NCBI GenBank assembly: GCA_965228895.1
Contig: OZ245842.1
Location: 1,632,001-1,696,000, forward strand
DNA length: 64,000 bases
Direction: 5' to 3'
DNA from: Alphaproteobacteria bacterium
GTDB lineage: Bacteria; Pseudomonadota; Alphaproteobacteria; SP197
The position numbers were made by a program, and so were the translations under genes. This document shows positions 9,593 through 19,386 of the stretch, piece after piece; position 1 is the first letter of the stretch; every line of letters begins with the position of its first letter. Under the pieces are notes generated by a model. The model was not told the origin of the DNA and ran no database searches. It saw only the letters and a program-made list of their open reading frames with translations.

Positions 9593-10702
9593 ATGACGGT
9601 GAATGACGGATTAAGCGGCAACGATGTCGAGCTTCAGGGCATCTCCATGTCGTTCGGCGATTTTGTGGCGGTCCAACCAACCGATCTGACCGTCAATGCC
9701 GGTGAGTTCTTTTCCATTCTTGGTCCGTCTGGTTGCGGCAAGACAACGATCTTGCGCATGGTGTCGGGTTTCCTGACGCCGACAACAGGGCAGGTCATGA
9801 TCGGTGGCACCGACATGACATCGCTCGGTCCCAACCGGCGCCCGACCGCGCTTATCTTTCAAAACCTTGCGCTGTTCCCGCTGATGAGTGTCTGGGAAAA
9901 CGTTGCCTTCGGCCTGGAGGCGCGTGGAATCGACAAGCGGGCCCGCCGGCGCCGTGCCGAGGAACTGCTGGACCTCGTCGCGCTTCAAGGCGAGGCGGAT
10001 AAGAAACCGACGGAGCTTTCCGGCGGTCAACGCCAGCGCGTTGCGGTGGCCAGGGCGCTTGCCGTCGAGCCGTCGGTTCTGCTGCTCGATGAACCGCTTT
10101 CGGCCCTGGATCTGAAGCTGCGTCAGCACATGCGTGCGGAGCTGAAGGAGATCCAGCGCAAGACAAGCATCACGTTCATCTACATCACCCACGACCAGGG
10201 TGAAGCGCTGACCATGTCCGATCGCATCGCGGTGATGAATCGCGGCCGTATCGAACAGGTCGCGGCGACCGAAGAGATCTATGACCACCCGGCGACACCC
10301 TTCGTCGCGACCTTTGTCGGTGAGCAGAACGTCTTTCGCGGCCGTATTGTCGCAATCGACAACGGCGTTGCGAAGGTCGACACGTCTAGTGGCACCTTCA
10401 CCGGCCTCCATGCTGGCGCGTTGAACCAAGGCGAAGAAGCGCTGGTGTTTGTCAGGCCCGAGCGCATGGGGATCGCAAACGGCAGTGCCGAACCCTTGAA
10501 CCGCCTGTCTGCGTTCATTGAACGCCGTGACTTGGAAGGCCCGTTCGTGAACGTCTTCATGCGCACGTCCGAAGATCAGGAACTGGTCATGCACCTGACC
10601 AACGCAGGCGAGGCATGGCGGTCCCTGGACGGCGAACAACAGGTTGGGTTCCAGACGGAAGACGCGCTCGTTCTCGGTGCTGGAGAATTGGCTCGTGAGT
10701 AG
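9593..10702 (+). CDS. polyamine ABC transporter ATP-binding protein (PotA-like)
   Basis: GPSGCGKT, LSGGQRQR, LLLDEPLSALD, ITHDQ; TOBE-like C-terminus. Confidence 0.93.
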   Translation: MTVNDGLSGNDVELQGISMSFGDFVAVQPTDLTVNAGEFFSILGPSGCGKTTILRMVSGFLTPTTGQVMIGGTDMTSLGPNRRPTALIFQNLALFPLMSVWENVAFGLEARGIDKRARRRRAEELLDLVALQGEADKKPTELSGGQRQRVAVARALAVEPSVLLLDEPLSALDLKLRQHMRAELKEIQRKTSITFIYITHDQGEALTMSDRIAVMNRGRIEQVAATEEIYDHPATPFVATFVGEQNVFRGRIVAIDNGVAKVDTSSGTFTGLHAGALNQGEEALVFVRPERMGIANGSAEPLNRLSAFIERRDLEGPFVNVFMRTSEDQELVMHLTNAGEAWRSLDGEQQVGFQTEDALVLGAGELARE

Positions 10703-11885
10703 CCTCTTCCGCAGCTACGGCAACGTCATGGGTGGCTTGTTCGTCGGGTTGGTGGCGCTGTGGATCGTGGCGCTGATTGTGCTGCCGCAGCTCAACATGA
10801 TCGAGCGCGCGTTTATCTACGAACCGCGTGGCGGCGCGGCGATCCAGGCGCAGGTTGACGTCGACCGGATCACCCAGCGCCTGTTCACACTCCGCTACGA
10901 CATTCAGGAGCTGGAGAAACAGGCGGCCGAAGGCGGCGAAGGCACGGGTGTTTTCACGCCGGGCGCCAAGATCGGCGAAGACAACACCGGAAGCGGCGAC
11001 ACCGCTGTCACGACGCCCAGTCTATCCGGCACCACCGATACCATCGCTGAGCAGATCGCGAGACTGGAGGCCGAAGCCACAGAGCTTGAAGCGCAGCTCG
11101 TTGGCATGGAGGCCGAAGAACAGCGGCTGAAGGCCGAGCAGGAAGCCGCAGCCGGGTATTCGGTGCGCAACTTCACGACCATGAACGCGATCCACTTCAA
11201 GATCTTCATCATGACGCTGTTCTATTCCTTCTGCGTCACGCTGATTTGTTTCGTGGTCTGCTATCCCATCGCCTATACGGTCGCCCAGACGACCAACCGG
11301 GAACGCGCGGCGCTCTTGATGCTGGGTCTGATCATCCCCTATGCGATCAACGAACTCCTGCGCATCTTCGCCTGGACCATGATCCTGGCCAACCAGGGGA
11401 TCTTGAACGCCGGGCTCGACGCCGTCGGTATCCTGGACTTCAGCGAAGGCGAGACAATCCGCTGGGTTACGTCGAACGGCGCGGTCTTCTGCGTCATGGT
11501 CTACGCCTACATCCTCTTCATGGTGTTCCCGATCTACAACACCATCGAAACGCTCGACCGCAACCAGATCGAAGCGGCGAGGGATCTGGGCGCGTCGACC
11601 TGGCGCATCCATCGCCGCGTCGTCCTGCCACACGCCAAACCGGGTATCGCTGTCGGGTCGATCATGACGTTCATGCTGTCGGCCGGCTCGATCGCTGTGC
11701 CCGGCCTTGTCGGTCCCGGTCTGCATCCCGACTGGTTCAGCCAGGTGATCTACCGGAACTTCTTCGAGGCGGGGAACTGGAACATAGGCTCGGCGTATTC
11801 GCTGGCGCTGCTGATCGCCTGCCTCGTCTTCATCCTTATCGTGATGTCGGTCTTCAGGGTCGGCATCAGGCAGATCGCACGATGA
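10695..11885 (+). CDS. ABC permease (PotB-like) with long coiled-coil insertion
   Basis: EAARDLGA EAA motif and TM segments; GTG start overlaps the ATPase stop. Confidence 0.88.
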   Translation: MSSLFRSYGNVMGGLFVGLVALWIVALIVLPQLNMIERAFIYEPRGGAAIQAQVDVDRITQRLFTLRYDIQELEKQAAEGGEGTGVFTPGAKIGEDNTGSGDTAVTTPSLSGTTDTIAEQIARLEAEATELEAQLVGMEAEEQRLKAEQEAAAGYSVRNFTTMNAIHFKIFIMTLFYSFCVTLICFVVCYPIAYTVAQTTNRERAALLMLGLIIPYAINELLRIFAWTMILANQGILNAGLDAVGILDFSEGETIRWVTSNGAVFCVMVYAYILFMVFPIYNTIETLDRNQIEAARDLGASTWRIHRRVVLPHAKPGIAVGSIMTFMLSAGSIAVPGLVGPGLHPDWFSQVIYRNFFEAGNWNIGSAYSLALLIACLVFILIVMSVFRVGIRQIAR

Positions 11886-12775
11886 CGACCATTGCCGAAG
11901 CCGCACCAGCCACCCGGGAACGCCATCTGCTTGGGATCGACTGGAGCAAGGCGATCCTCAGCTTCTACATGCTGGTGTTCTTCCTCTATCTTTTCGTGCC
12001 GCTGATGATCATGGTGCTTGCCGCGTTCAATTCGAACGACACGCCGTCGGTGACCGACTGGCGCGGTTTCACCCTCGACTGGTTCACCGGCAGCTACAAT
12101 GCCGAGGGTGAATTGACCGTTCGCGGCCTGCCGCAGGATGCGCGCTTCCTGCAGGGTCTCTGGCACTCGCTGCTAATCGCCTTCGGCGTGATCGCGATTT
12201 CCATACCGCTTGGCCTCTCCGGCGCGCTCCTGCTGACCCGTCTGGAATCGCGCGCCAGTACGCTGCTTTATACGATCCTGGTCTCGCCGATTCTGATCCC
12301 CGGCATCGTGCTGGGCGTGTCGACCATGATCTTCTGGCGCGACATGTTCGGCGTCGAGGCCGGTCTGTTCACGGCCATGGTCGCCCAATCGGTCTTTATT
12401 GCGTCCTATTGCATGCTGCTTTTCATGGCGCGCCTGCAGCGCCAGGACCGCATCCTCGACGAGGCCGCCTTCGATCTCGGCGCATCGTCCTTCATGGTCT
12501 TCCGGCGCATTACCTTGCCATTCTTGATGCCGACCATCGCAACCGCCACGGTGATCGCGTTCCTACAGTCGATCGAGAACTACAACACCACGTTCTTCGC
12601 GATCGGCGGTTCGTGGACCCTGGTGACCGAGATTGGCGCGCGTATGCGCTTCGGCCTTTCGCCCGTCGTCAACGCCATCGGCGTCATCTTCGTCGTCTTC
12701 ACCGTGATCGCGGCGGTCACCTACGTCATGCTGAAACGCCGCGAGCAAGCCAAGGCCAAGGCACTGAAAGGTTAG
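11882..12775 (+). CDS. ABC permease (PotC-like)
   Basis: FLYLFVPL, GFTLDWF, EAAFDLGAS; ATGA overlap at 11882. Confidence 0.9.
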   Translation: MTTIAEAAPATRERHLLGIDWSKAILSFYMLVFFLYLFVPLMIMVLAAFNSNDTPSVTDWRGFTLDWFTGSYNAEGELTVRGLPQDARFLQGLWHSLLIAFGVIAISIPLGLSGALLLTRLESRASTLLYTILVSPILIPGIVLGVSTMIFWRDMFGVEAGLFTAMVAQSVFIASYCMLLFMARLQRQDRILDEAAFDLGASSFMVFRRITLPFLMPTIATATVIAFLQSIENYNTTFFAIGGSWTLVTEIGARMRFGLSPVVNAIGVIFVVFTVIAAVTYVMLKRREQAKAKALKG

Positions 12776-12827
12776 TCCTTGGCCAGGCCCCCAAGTGTTG
12801 CCATCATCGCGGCAACAGGGGGCACAT

Positions 12828-14498
12828 GTGGACGGAACATTCGACTACATCATTGTCGGCGCCGGTTCGGCGGGCTGTGTTCTCGCACACAGGCTGAGCG
12901 AGGATTCCGCGACTACGGTGCTGGTCCTCGAAGCCGGTGGCGATGACGGCAGCTACAAGGTCCAGATGCCCGGCGCCCAGCAACTGCCTCTGGCCGACAA
13001 GGATCTCAACTGGTCCTACCTCTCCGAACCCGAACCCCAGCTCAACAACCGCCGCATCGACGTGCCGCGCGGTCGCGTGCTCGGCGGTTCGTCGTCAATC
13101 AACGGCATGGTCTATCTGCGTGGCCATCCGCTTGACTACGACGCCTGGTCCGAGCTGGGTGCGAACGGCTGGTCGTATCGCGACGTGCTCGCCTATTTCA
13201 TGCGCGCCGAGAACGTCGCCCACGGCGATCCCTCCATGCGCGGCAGGGAAGGGCCGCTTCATGTCACGCGCCCTCCATTGTCCAACCCGCTGTTCCAGGC
13301 CTTTCTGAAGGCGTGCGAGCAGGCGGGCCACCCGGCGGATGACGATCTCAACGGATTTCACCCCGAAGGCGCTGGCGCGTTTGAACGAACGGTCTTCAAG
13401 GGCCGGCGTTGGAGCACCGCGAACGCCTATCTGCGCCCGGCCATGGCACGCTCCAATCTCGAAGTTCTGACGCGCCGTCTGACTCGGCGGGTTTTGATCG
13501 AGAACGGCCGCGCGACGGGTGTCGAGGCAATGCATGGCGAACAGGTGGAGACGTTCGAGGCCCGGCGCGAGGTCATCGTTGCTGGCGGTGCGATCAACTC
13601 GCCACAGATCCTGCTGCTGTCGGGCATCGGACCGGGCGATCATCTGCGCGATGTTGGTGTGCCAGTGGTCCACGACCTTCCCGGTGTCGGCTCCGGCCTG
13701 ATGGATCACCTGGAGGTTGTCGTAAAGAACGCCTGCACCCAACCGGTCAGCCTCTATGCCAAGACCAAGCCGCTCGCGCGGCTGGGCGTCGGACTGCAGT
13801 GGATCCTGTCGAAATCCGGTGTCGGCGCGAGCAACCAGTGGGAGGCCGGTGCGTTTCTAAGAAGCCGCGACGGCCTCAGCCATCCCGATATCGAGTTGGA
13901 GTTTTTTCCGATCGCCATTTCCTATGACGGCAAGGAGCTCGCCAACCAGCACGGCTATCAGGCCGATGTCGGGCCGATGCGTTCGAAGAGCAGGGGTTCG
14001 GTGCGTCTGGCCGATGCCGACGCGCGTACGCCACCGAAGATCCGCTTTAACTATCTGAGCCACGAAGACGACTGGCACGAAATGCGCGCCTCCGTGCGCC
14101 TGGTGCGCGAGATCTTTGCCCAGCCCGCCTTCGATCCCTATCGCGGCGACGAGATCGCGCCGGGCGTGTCCGTGGTCAGCGATGACGAGATCGACGGATT
14201 CATCCGCGAAACCGCCCAGACCGTCTATCACCCCTGCGGCTCCTGCCGTATGGGCACCGATGCCATGGCGGTGGTCGATCCCGAATGCCGCGTTCATGGG
14301 CTGGACGGCCTGCGCGTGGTTGATGCCGCGATCATGCCGCAGATCACCACCTGCAACACCAATGGTCCGACCATCATGATCGGCGAGAAGGCTTCCGACC
14401 TGATCCGCGGGCGCACGCCGCAGGCCTCTCCCAATGTCGGTCCCGCGCTCCAGGTCGGCGCGCCGCAACGCCCGCGCACGCCGGTCCGTTCCGTCTAA
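12828..14498 (+). CDS. GMC oxidoreductase, choline dehydrogenase (BetA)-like
   Basis: IVGAGSAGC, GRVLGGSSSINGM, GAINSPQ, YHPCG, NTNGPTIMIGEK. Confidence 0.9.
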   Translation: MDGTFDYIIVGAGSAGCVLAHRLSEDSATTVLVLEAGGDDGSYKVQMPGAQQLPLADKDLNWSYLSEPEPQLNNRRIDVPRGRVLGGSSSINGMVYLRGHPLDYDAWSELGANGWSYRDVLAYFMRAENVAHGDPSMRGREGPLHVTRPPLSNPLFQAFLKACEQAGHPADDDLNGFHPEGAGAFERTVFKGRRWSTANAYLRPAMARSNLEVLTRRLTRRVLIENGRATGVEAMHGEQVETFEARREVIVAGGAINSPQILLLSGIGPGDHLRDVGVPVVHDLPGVGSGLMDHLEVVVKNACTQPVSLYAKTKPLARLGVGLQWILSKSGVGASNQWEAGAFLRSRDGLSHPDIELEFFPIAISYDGKELANQHGYQADVGPMRSKSRGSVRLADADARTPPKIRFNYLSHEDDWHEMRASVRLVREIFAQPAFDPYRGDEIAPGVSVVSDDEIDGFIRETAQTVYHPCGSCRMGTDAMAVVDPECRVHGLDGLRVVDAAIMPQITTCNTNGPTIMIGEKASDLIRGRTPQASPNVGPALQVGAPQRPRTPVRSV

Positions 14499-14504
14499 CC
14501 CGCT

Positions 14505-16013
14505 CTAGCCGGGATAGGCTTCCTCGTCCTTATAGGGATACCACCAGAAGTCAGCGGGTTCGCATTCGTGGTCGATCATCGAGAACTTGCTGTGGCGGAA
14601 CTGGTCGAGGCCTTCGGACCCCAGCTGACGTCCGGTGCCCGACATCTTGCGGCCCCCGAACGGGCCGGCGTCGTTGTCGAGCAGGGCGCTTGAGTTGACC
14701 CAGGTCATGCCGGCCTCCAACTCGTTGACCGCGCGCATGGTCTCGGCGAGATCGCTGGTATAGATGAACGAGCCCAGCGCGTACTTCGAGTTGTTCGCGT
14801 GCTCCAACGCCTCGTCGAAGCTGCCGACGCGACACACCGGCAGCACGGGACCGAAACTCTCGTTGTTCATAATCTCCATATCGGGTGTGCATTCGGTCAG
14901 GATCGTGGCGTCGCAGAAATAGCCGCGGTTGAAGCCGTCGGGACGGCCGCCGCCTAGCGCGACCTTCGCGCCCTGTTCGGTGGCGCGGGCCAGCATGGCT
15001 TCGTAGCGGTCGCGTTCGCGCTGTGCCGCCATCGGGCCGATGTCGACCTTCTCGAGCCCGTTGCCGATACGAAGCTGTTTGGTCAGCCGGATGGCCTCTT
15101 CGACGAAATTGTCGTGCACATCGTTGTGGATGTAGAAGCGCTCGGCGGCGGCGCAGACCTGACCACAGTTGAGATAGGCGCCGAACACCGCGCCCTGGGC
15201 CGCCATGTCTAGTTTGGCCGATGGCATGACGATAAAGGGATCATTGCCGGACGCCTCAACCAGGCAACGTTTGAATGTTGTCGCACATGCTTGAGCGACG
15301 GCTTGGCCGGCGCCGATGGACCCGGTGAACGCCACGCCATCAATGCCCTCGTGGCCAACCAGGTGCTTGCCGACCTCGACCGCGCCGGTCACGCACTGCA
15401 CCAGGCCCTTCGGCAGATGATCGAAACACTCCATCATCATCAGCGATGAGAAGCTGGTGAGTTCAGACGGCTTCAGGATCACGGCATTCCCGGTGCCGAG
15501 CGCCGCGCCGGCCTCCCAGCCGAACAGCACATAGGGAAAGTTGAACGGCAGGATAATCCCGACGACACCCAGGGGGTGTTTGGTGATGACATGCATCTGG
15601 CCGTCGACGACGGGGCCGACGACGCGGCCGTTCTCGTGGCGTGCGACCTCGGCGTAGTAATCGAAGGCCGTCGCGGTCCATTCGACCTCGTCGGCGGATT
15701 CTTTGTAGGGCTTGCCCATCTCGCGGGTCAGCGCCTCGGCGAGCTTCGGCGAGAGTTCGCGGAACCGGCGCGCGACTTCGTGCAATTCCTCGCTGCGCTT
15801 CAGCATGTTCATGCGGTCCCACTCGACCTGCGCCCGTTTGGCGTTGGCGATCGCCTCGTCGACCTCCTCGATCTTGGCCAGCGCGATCTCGCCGTTGACG
15901 TCCTCGGTCGCCGGATCGACGGCATCCATGCCGTCGGATGCCGCGCTCTTGCGGAAGGCACCGTCCAGATAGATCGAGCCGCTGAGCTGCTTGAAGGTAT
16001 CGATTACGGTCAT
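14505..16013 (-). CDS. aldehyde dehydrogenase family protein
   Basis: PFNFP, KPSE, FTGS, EASGND (catalytic Glu), NCGQVC (catalytic Cys), ESFGP, PFGGRKMSG. Confidence 0.93.
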   Translation of the reverse strand: MTVIDTFKQLSGSIYLDGAFRKSAASDGMDAVDPATEDVNGEIALAKIEEVDEAIANAKRAQVEWDRMNMLKRSEELHEVARRFRELSPKLAEALTREMGKPYKESADEVEWTATAFDYYAEVARHENGRVVGPVVDGQMHVITKHPLGVVGIILPFNFPYVLFGWEAGAALGTGNAVILKPSELTSFSSLMMMECFDHLPKGLVQCVTGAVEVGKHLVGHEGIDGVAFTGSIGAGQAVAQACATTFKRCLVEASGNDPFIVMPSAKLDMAAQGAVFGAYLNCGQVCAAAERFYIHNDVHDNFVEEAIRLTKQLRIGNGLEKVDIGPMAAQRERDRYEAMLARATEQGAKVALGGGRPDGFNRGYFCDATILTECTPDMEIMNNESFGPVLPVCRVGSFDEALEHANNSKYALGSFIYTSDLAETMRAVNELEAGMTWVNSSALLDNDAGPFGGRKMSGTGRQLGSEGLDQFRHSKFSMIDHECEPADFWWYPYKDEEAYPG

Positions 16014-16151
16014 CGTGGTCTCCCTCGTTTCAGGCGCGATCGCCGCGCGTCTTTTATCGCCGTGCCAAACGATATGGGGCAAGCCGTGGCGTGACAACGG
16101 GTTTCGCCACGGCCTAAGGTTGTCCCAACAAAAAATCGGGGAGACCTGACC

Positions 16152-17162
16152 ATGGCGACCGACCTCCAGGCTGCAGCCCACAAGCTTTATGACGAGACGT
16201 TGATTTGGGACGACCATTCGGGCTTCGGCCCTGACCCCTCCGTTGACCTCAACAAACTGTCAATCTGGAAGGATGCGGGCATCGACTATCTGTCGATCGA
16301 TGTCGGCTACGACCGCATGGACTGGCGCGATACCGTCAAATCGCTGGCCGCCTTCCGGCGCTGGATCATGGCAAGCGATGATTACGAGCTGGTCGGAACC
16401 GTCGATGAAATCGAACCGGCCCGCAAGGCCGGCAAGATGGCCTGCACCTTCGATTTGGAGGGCATGAACGCACTCGACGGATCGGTTGACATGGTCGGGT
16501 TCTATTACGACCTGGGCGTGCGCCAGATGTTGTTCGCCTATAACAAAAACAACCAGGCCGGTGGCGGTTGCCATGACGAGGATGTCGGCCTGACCGATTT
16601 TGGCCGTGACGTCATCGCCGAGATGAACCGGGTCGGCATGGTCGTCGATTGCTCCCATTGTTCATACACGACCAGTATGGAAGCGATGGAGATGTCGTCG
16701 GCGCCGACGATCTTTTCCCACTCCAACGCGCGTGCTTTGCGTGACCACGAGCGCAACATTACCGACGACCAGGCCAAGGCGTGCGCCGCGACGGGCGGCG
16801 TTATCGGCGTCGTCAGCCTGGACCTCTTCATGACCGACGGCGAGGCGACCGAGGAGGTCCTGGCCGATCACATCGACCACTACGTCAACCTTGTCGGCGC
16901 GGACCATGTGGGTATCGGCCTGGATTACGCCTGGGATGACGAGGAAAACGACGATGGCGGCAACGAGTTGGCTGAGACCATCGCCAGGAACCGCGACTAC
17001 TGGCCCGCGCGCCAGTATCCCGACCGGCCCGTGCGGTTCCTGCCGCCCGGTTGTCTGCCGCGCCTGACCGAAATCCTGTTGGAACGCCAGTATGCGGAGG
17101 ATGACGTCCGCGCCATTCTGGGCGGCAACTTCATGCGGGTAGCACGTCAGGTATGGACGTGA
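16152..17162 (+). CDS. membrane dipeptidase family (peptidase M19) amidohydrolase
   Basis: DLEG, GVRQM, EMNRVGMVVDCSH, FSHSN, RNITD, HVGIGLD, ILGGNFMRV. Confidence 0.9.
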   Translation: MATDLQAAAHKLYDETLIWDDHSGFGPDPSVDLNKLSIWKDAGIDYLSIDVGYDRMDWRDTVKSLAAFRRWIMASDDYELVGTVDEIEPARKAGKMACTFDLEGMNALDGSVDMVGFYYDLGVRQMLFAYNKNNQAGGGCHDEDVGLTDFGRDVIAEMNRVGMVVDCSHCSYTTSMEAMEMSSAPTIFSHSNARALRDHERNITDDQAKACAATGGVIGVVSLDLFMTDGEATEEVLADHIDHYVNLVGADHVGIGLDYAWDDEENDDGGNELAETIARNRDYWPARQYPDRPVRFLPPGCLPRLTEILLERQYAEDDVRAILGGNFMRVARQVWT

Positions 17163-19384
17163 CGGCTCGTGCGCTGAACGGATATAGCGACGCCATCTCC
17201 GTCGCGCCCGGCGAGCGCATCGTCTTCTACGTCAGTTGCGAGGGGCTGGACGAGTACGATGGGCGGATCGTCCGCCTGATCTGTGCCGATGACAACCCGA
17301 AGGGGGCGCCGTTCACGGCCGAACCGGTGAAGGCGCCTTGCAACGGCACCCATCCCGGCCGCCTTCAGGTCATCCACGCTGGCTCCCACGGTGTCGTCGA
17401 TCCGGCGCCCGACTTCATGGGCCCCGAGGGGTTTACCTTGCAGGCGCTGGTCATGGCGACAACCCCCGGTTCGGGCAAGCAGGGGCTGCTGGGTACGTGG
17501 TCGGAGACCGGACAGGCGGGCGCGAGCTTGATTCTGGCCGAAGACGGGTCGCTCGGTTTCGTTGCCGGCAACGGTAAGAAGAGCGCCATGGTCAGCACCG
17601 GCGTGCCGTTGTCGCGCCGGGCCTGGTATCGCGTCGCGGCGGTCTATGAAGCCGATCGTCAGACGGTGACGCTCTATCAACACCCGCTCGCCGGTGGAAA
17701 GCCTGTTGTTGCGACCGCACCGCTTGCGCTGACCCCAGCGTCAGCCGGGGGAATATTCCTGATGGCGGCATGGCAACGCGACCACGTGGACGGGCTTGGC
17801 TATCATGCGGGATGTTTTAATGGTCGGCTTGAGACACCACGCGTTGTGCGCCGGCCCGTGGACGAAGCCGAAATCGCTGGCGATCCGCCTGATGGCGCCG
17901 TAGCGCATTGGGATTTTTCCCTCAACATTGATGGCGAACGTCTGACGGATGTCTCCGGCAACGGCCATCACGGCGAGACCGTCCACCTGCCACAGCGCGG
18001 CATACGCGGCGCCGGCTGGACCGGCCGCGAGATGTGCTGGCGTCATGCGCCCGACGAGTACGCCGCGATCCACTTCCACGACGACGATGTCTACGACTCC
18101 GGTTGGCAGGAGAGTTTCGCCTGGACGGTCCCTGAGGACACCCGAAGCGGGATCTATGCGGCCTACGTGACGGCAGGCGAGCACGAGGAGTTCATGCCGT
18201 TCTGCGTGCGTCCACCGAAGGGGACGGCAACGGCCGATATCTGCTTTCTCTATCCGACCGGCACCTATATGGCCTACGCCAACTCCGGTCGGCATTTCCG
18301 CAACGACACCGTGGAGATGAAGCAGTTCCGCGCGACCACCATGACGCCGGCGGACTGTTTCCTGCACGAGCATTCGGAATACGGATTGTCGACCTATGAC
18401 ACCCATTCCGATGGCAGCGGGGTCAGCGTATCGTCCAGGCTCCGGCCGGTCCTCAACATGCGTCCGAAGGTCCGTGTCTGGGGGCTCGCCGCTGACACCC
18501 ACATCACGGCGTGGCTGGAACATGACGGCTTGGCCTATGACGTCGTCAGCGACGAAGACCTGCATACCGAGGGTCTCGACATTCTGTCGCGTTACCGCGT
18601 CGTCATCACCGGCACCCATCCCGAATACCACACGACCGAAATGCTCGACGCGCTCGCCGCCTACACGAAAGCCGGTGGGCGGCTGATCTATACGGGCGCG
18701 AATGGTTTCTACTGGCGCATCGCTTATCACCCGACAAAACCGGGTGTCATCGAATGCCGCAAGACCGAGGGCGGCACACGCTCCTGGATCAGCGAGGCCG
18801 GCGAATCCTTCATGAGCTTCACCGGCGAATACGGCGGCCTGTGGCGCCGCTCCGGTCGCACACCCCAGGAACTGACAGGCATCGGCTTCACCGCCCAGGG
18901 CTTCGACTGGTCGTCGTGGTACGAGCGCCGGCCCGGCAGCTTTGATTCACGCGCCGCCTTCGTCTTCGACGGCGTCGGCAAGGACGAGAAGATCGGCGAT
19001 TTCGGTCTGGTCGGTGACGGCGCGGCGGGGCTCGAGCTCGACCGCTGCGACATCGCCTTGGGCTCGCCGCCGCACACGCTGGTGCTGGCGTCGTCGGCCG
19101 GCCATAGCGAGGGCATGCTGGTGGTGATCGAGGAATTGACCTCGAGCCAGCCTGTGATCGGACCGAACCACCCGAAGGTGCGCGCCGACATGACGTTCTT
19201 CGAGTTGGATGGCGGCGGTGCCGTCTTCTCGACCGGCTCGATCGCCTGGGCCGGCAGCCTGCCGATCAACAGCTTCGACAACAACGTGGCGACTATCATG
19301 CGCAATGTTCTCGCACGGTTTCTGGACCCCGAACCCTTTGCCGGATTCGACGCCAGCGCGCCGGCCAGCCGGCCGATGGCATAA
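17153..19384 (+). CDS. N,N-dimethylformamidase large (beta) subunit family protein, paralogue 1
   Basis: GYSD..SV.PGE.I.F, LamG-like domain, AIHFHDDD, TYMAYAN, GLSTYD, HPEY, NGFYW, GAVFSTGSI; start may be GTG 17159. Confidence 0.9.
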   Translation: MDVTARALNGYSDAISVAPGERIVFYVSCEGLDEYDGRIVRLICADDNPKGAPFTAEPVKAPCNGTHPGRLQVIHAGSHGVVDPAPDFMGPEGFTLQALVMATTPGSGKQGLLGTWSETGQAGASLILAEDGSLGFVAGNGKKSAMVSTGVPLSRRAWYRVAAVYEADRQTVTLYQHPLAGGKPVVATAPLALTPASAGGIFLMAAWQRDHVDGLGYHAGCFNGRLETPRVVRRPVDEAEIAGDPPDGAVAHWDFSLNIDGERLTDVSGNGHHGETVHLPQRGIRGAGWTGREMCWRHAPDEYAAIHFHDDDVYDSGWQESFAWTVPEDTRSGIYAAYVTAGEHEEFMPFCVRPPKGTATADICFLYPTGTYMAYANSGRHFRNDTVEMKQFRATTMTPADCFLHEHSEYGLSTYDTHSDGSGVSVSSRLRPVLNMRPKVRVWGLAADTHITAWLEHDGLAYDVVSDEDLHTEGLDILSRYRVVITGTHPEYHTTEMLDALAAYTKAGGRLIYTGANGFYWRIAYHPTKPGVIECRKTEGGTRSWISEAGESFMSFTGEYGGLWRRSGRTPQELTGIGFTAQGFDWSSWYERRPGSFDSRAAFVFDGVGKDEKIGDFGLVGDGAAGLELDRCDIALGSPPHTLVLASSAGHSEGMLVVIEELTSSQPVIGPNHPKVRADMTFFELDGGGAVFSTGSIAWAGSLPINSFDNNVATIMRNVLARFLDPEPFAGFDASAPASRPMA

Positions 19385-19386
19385 GG

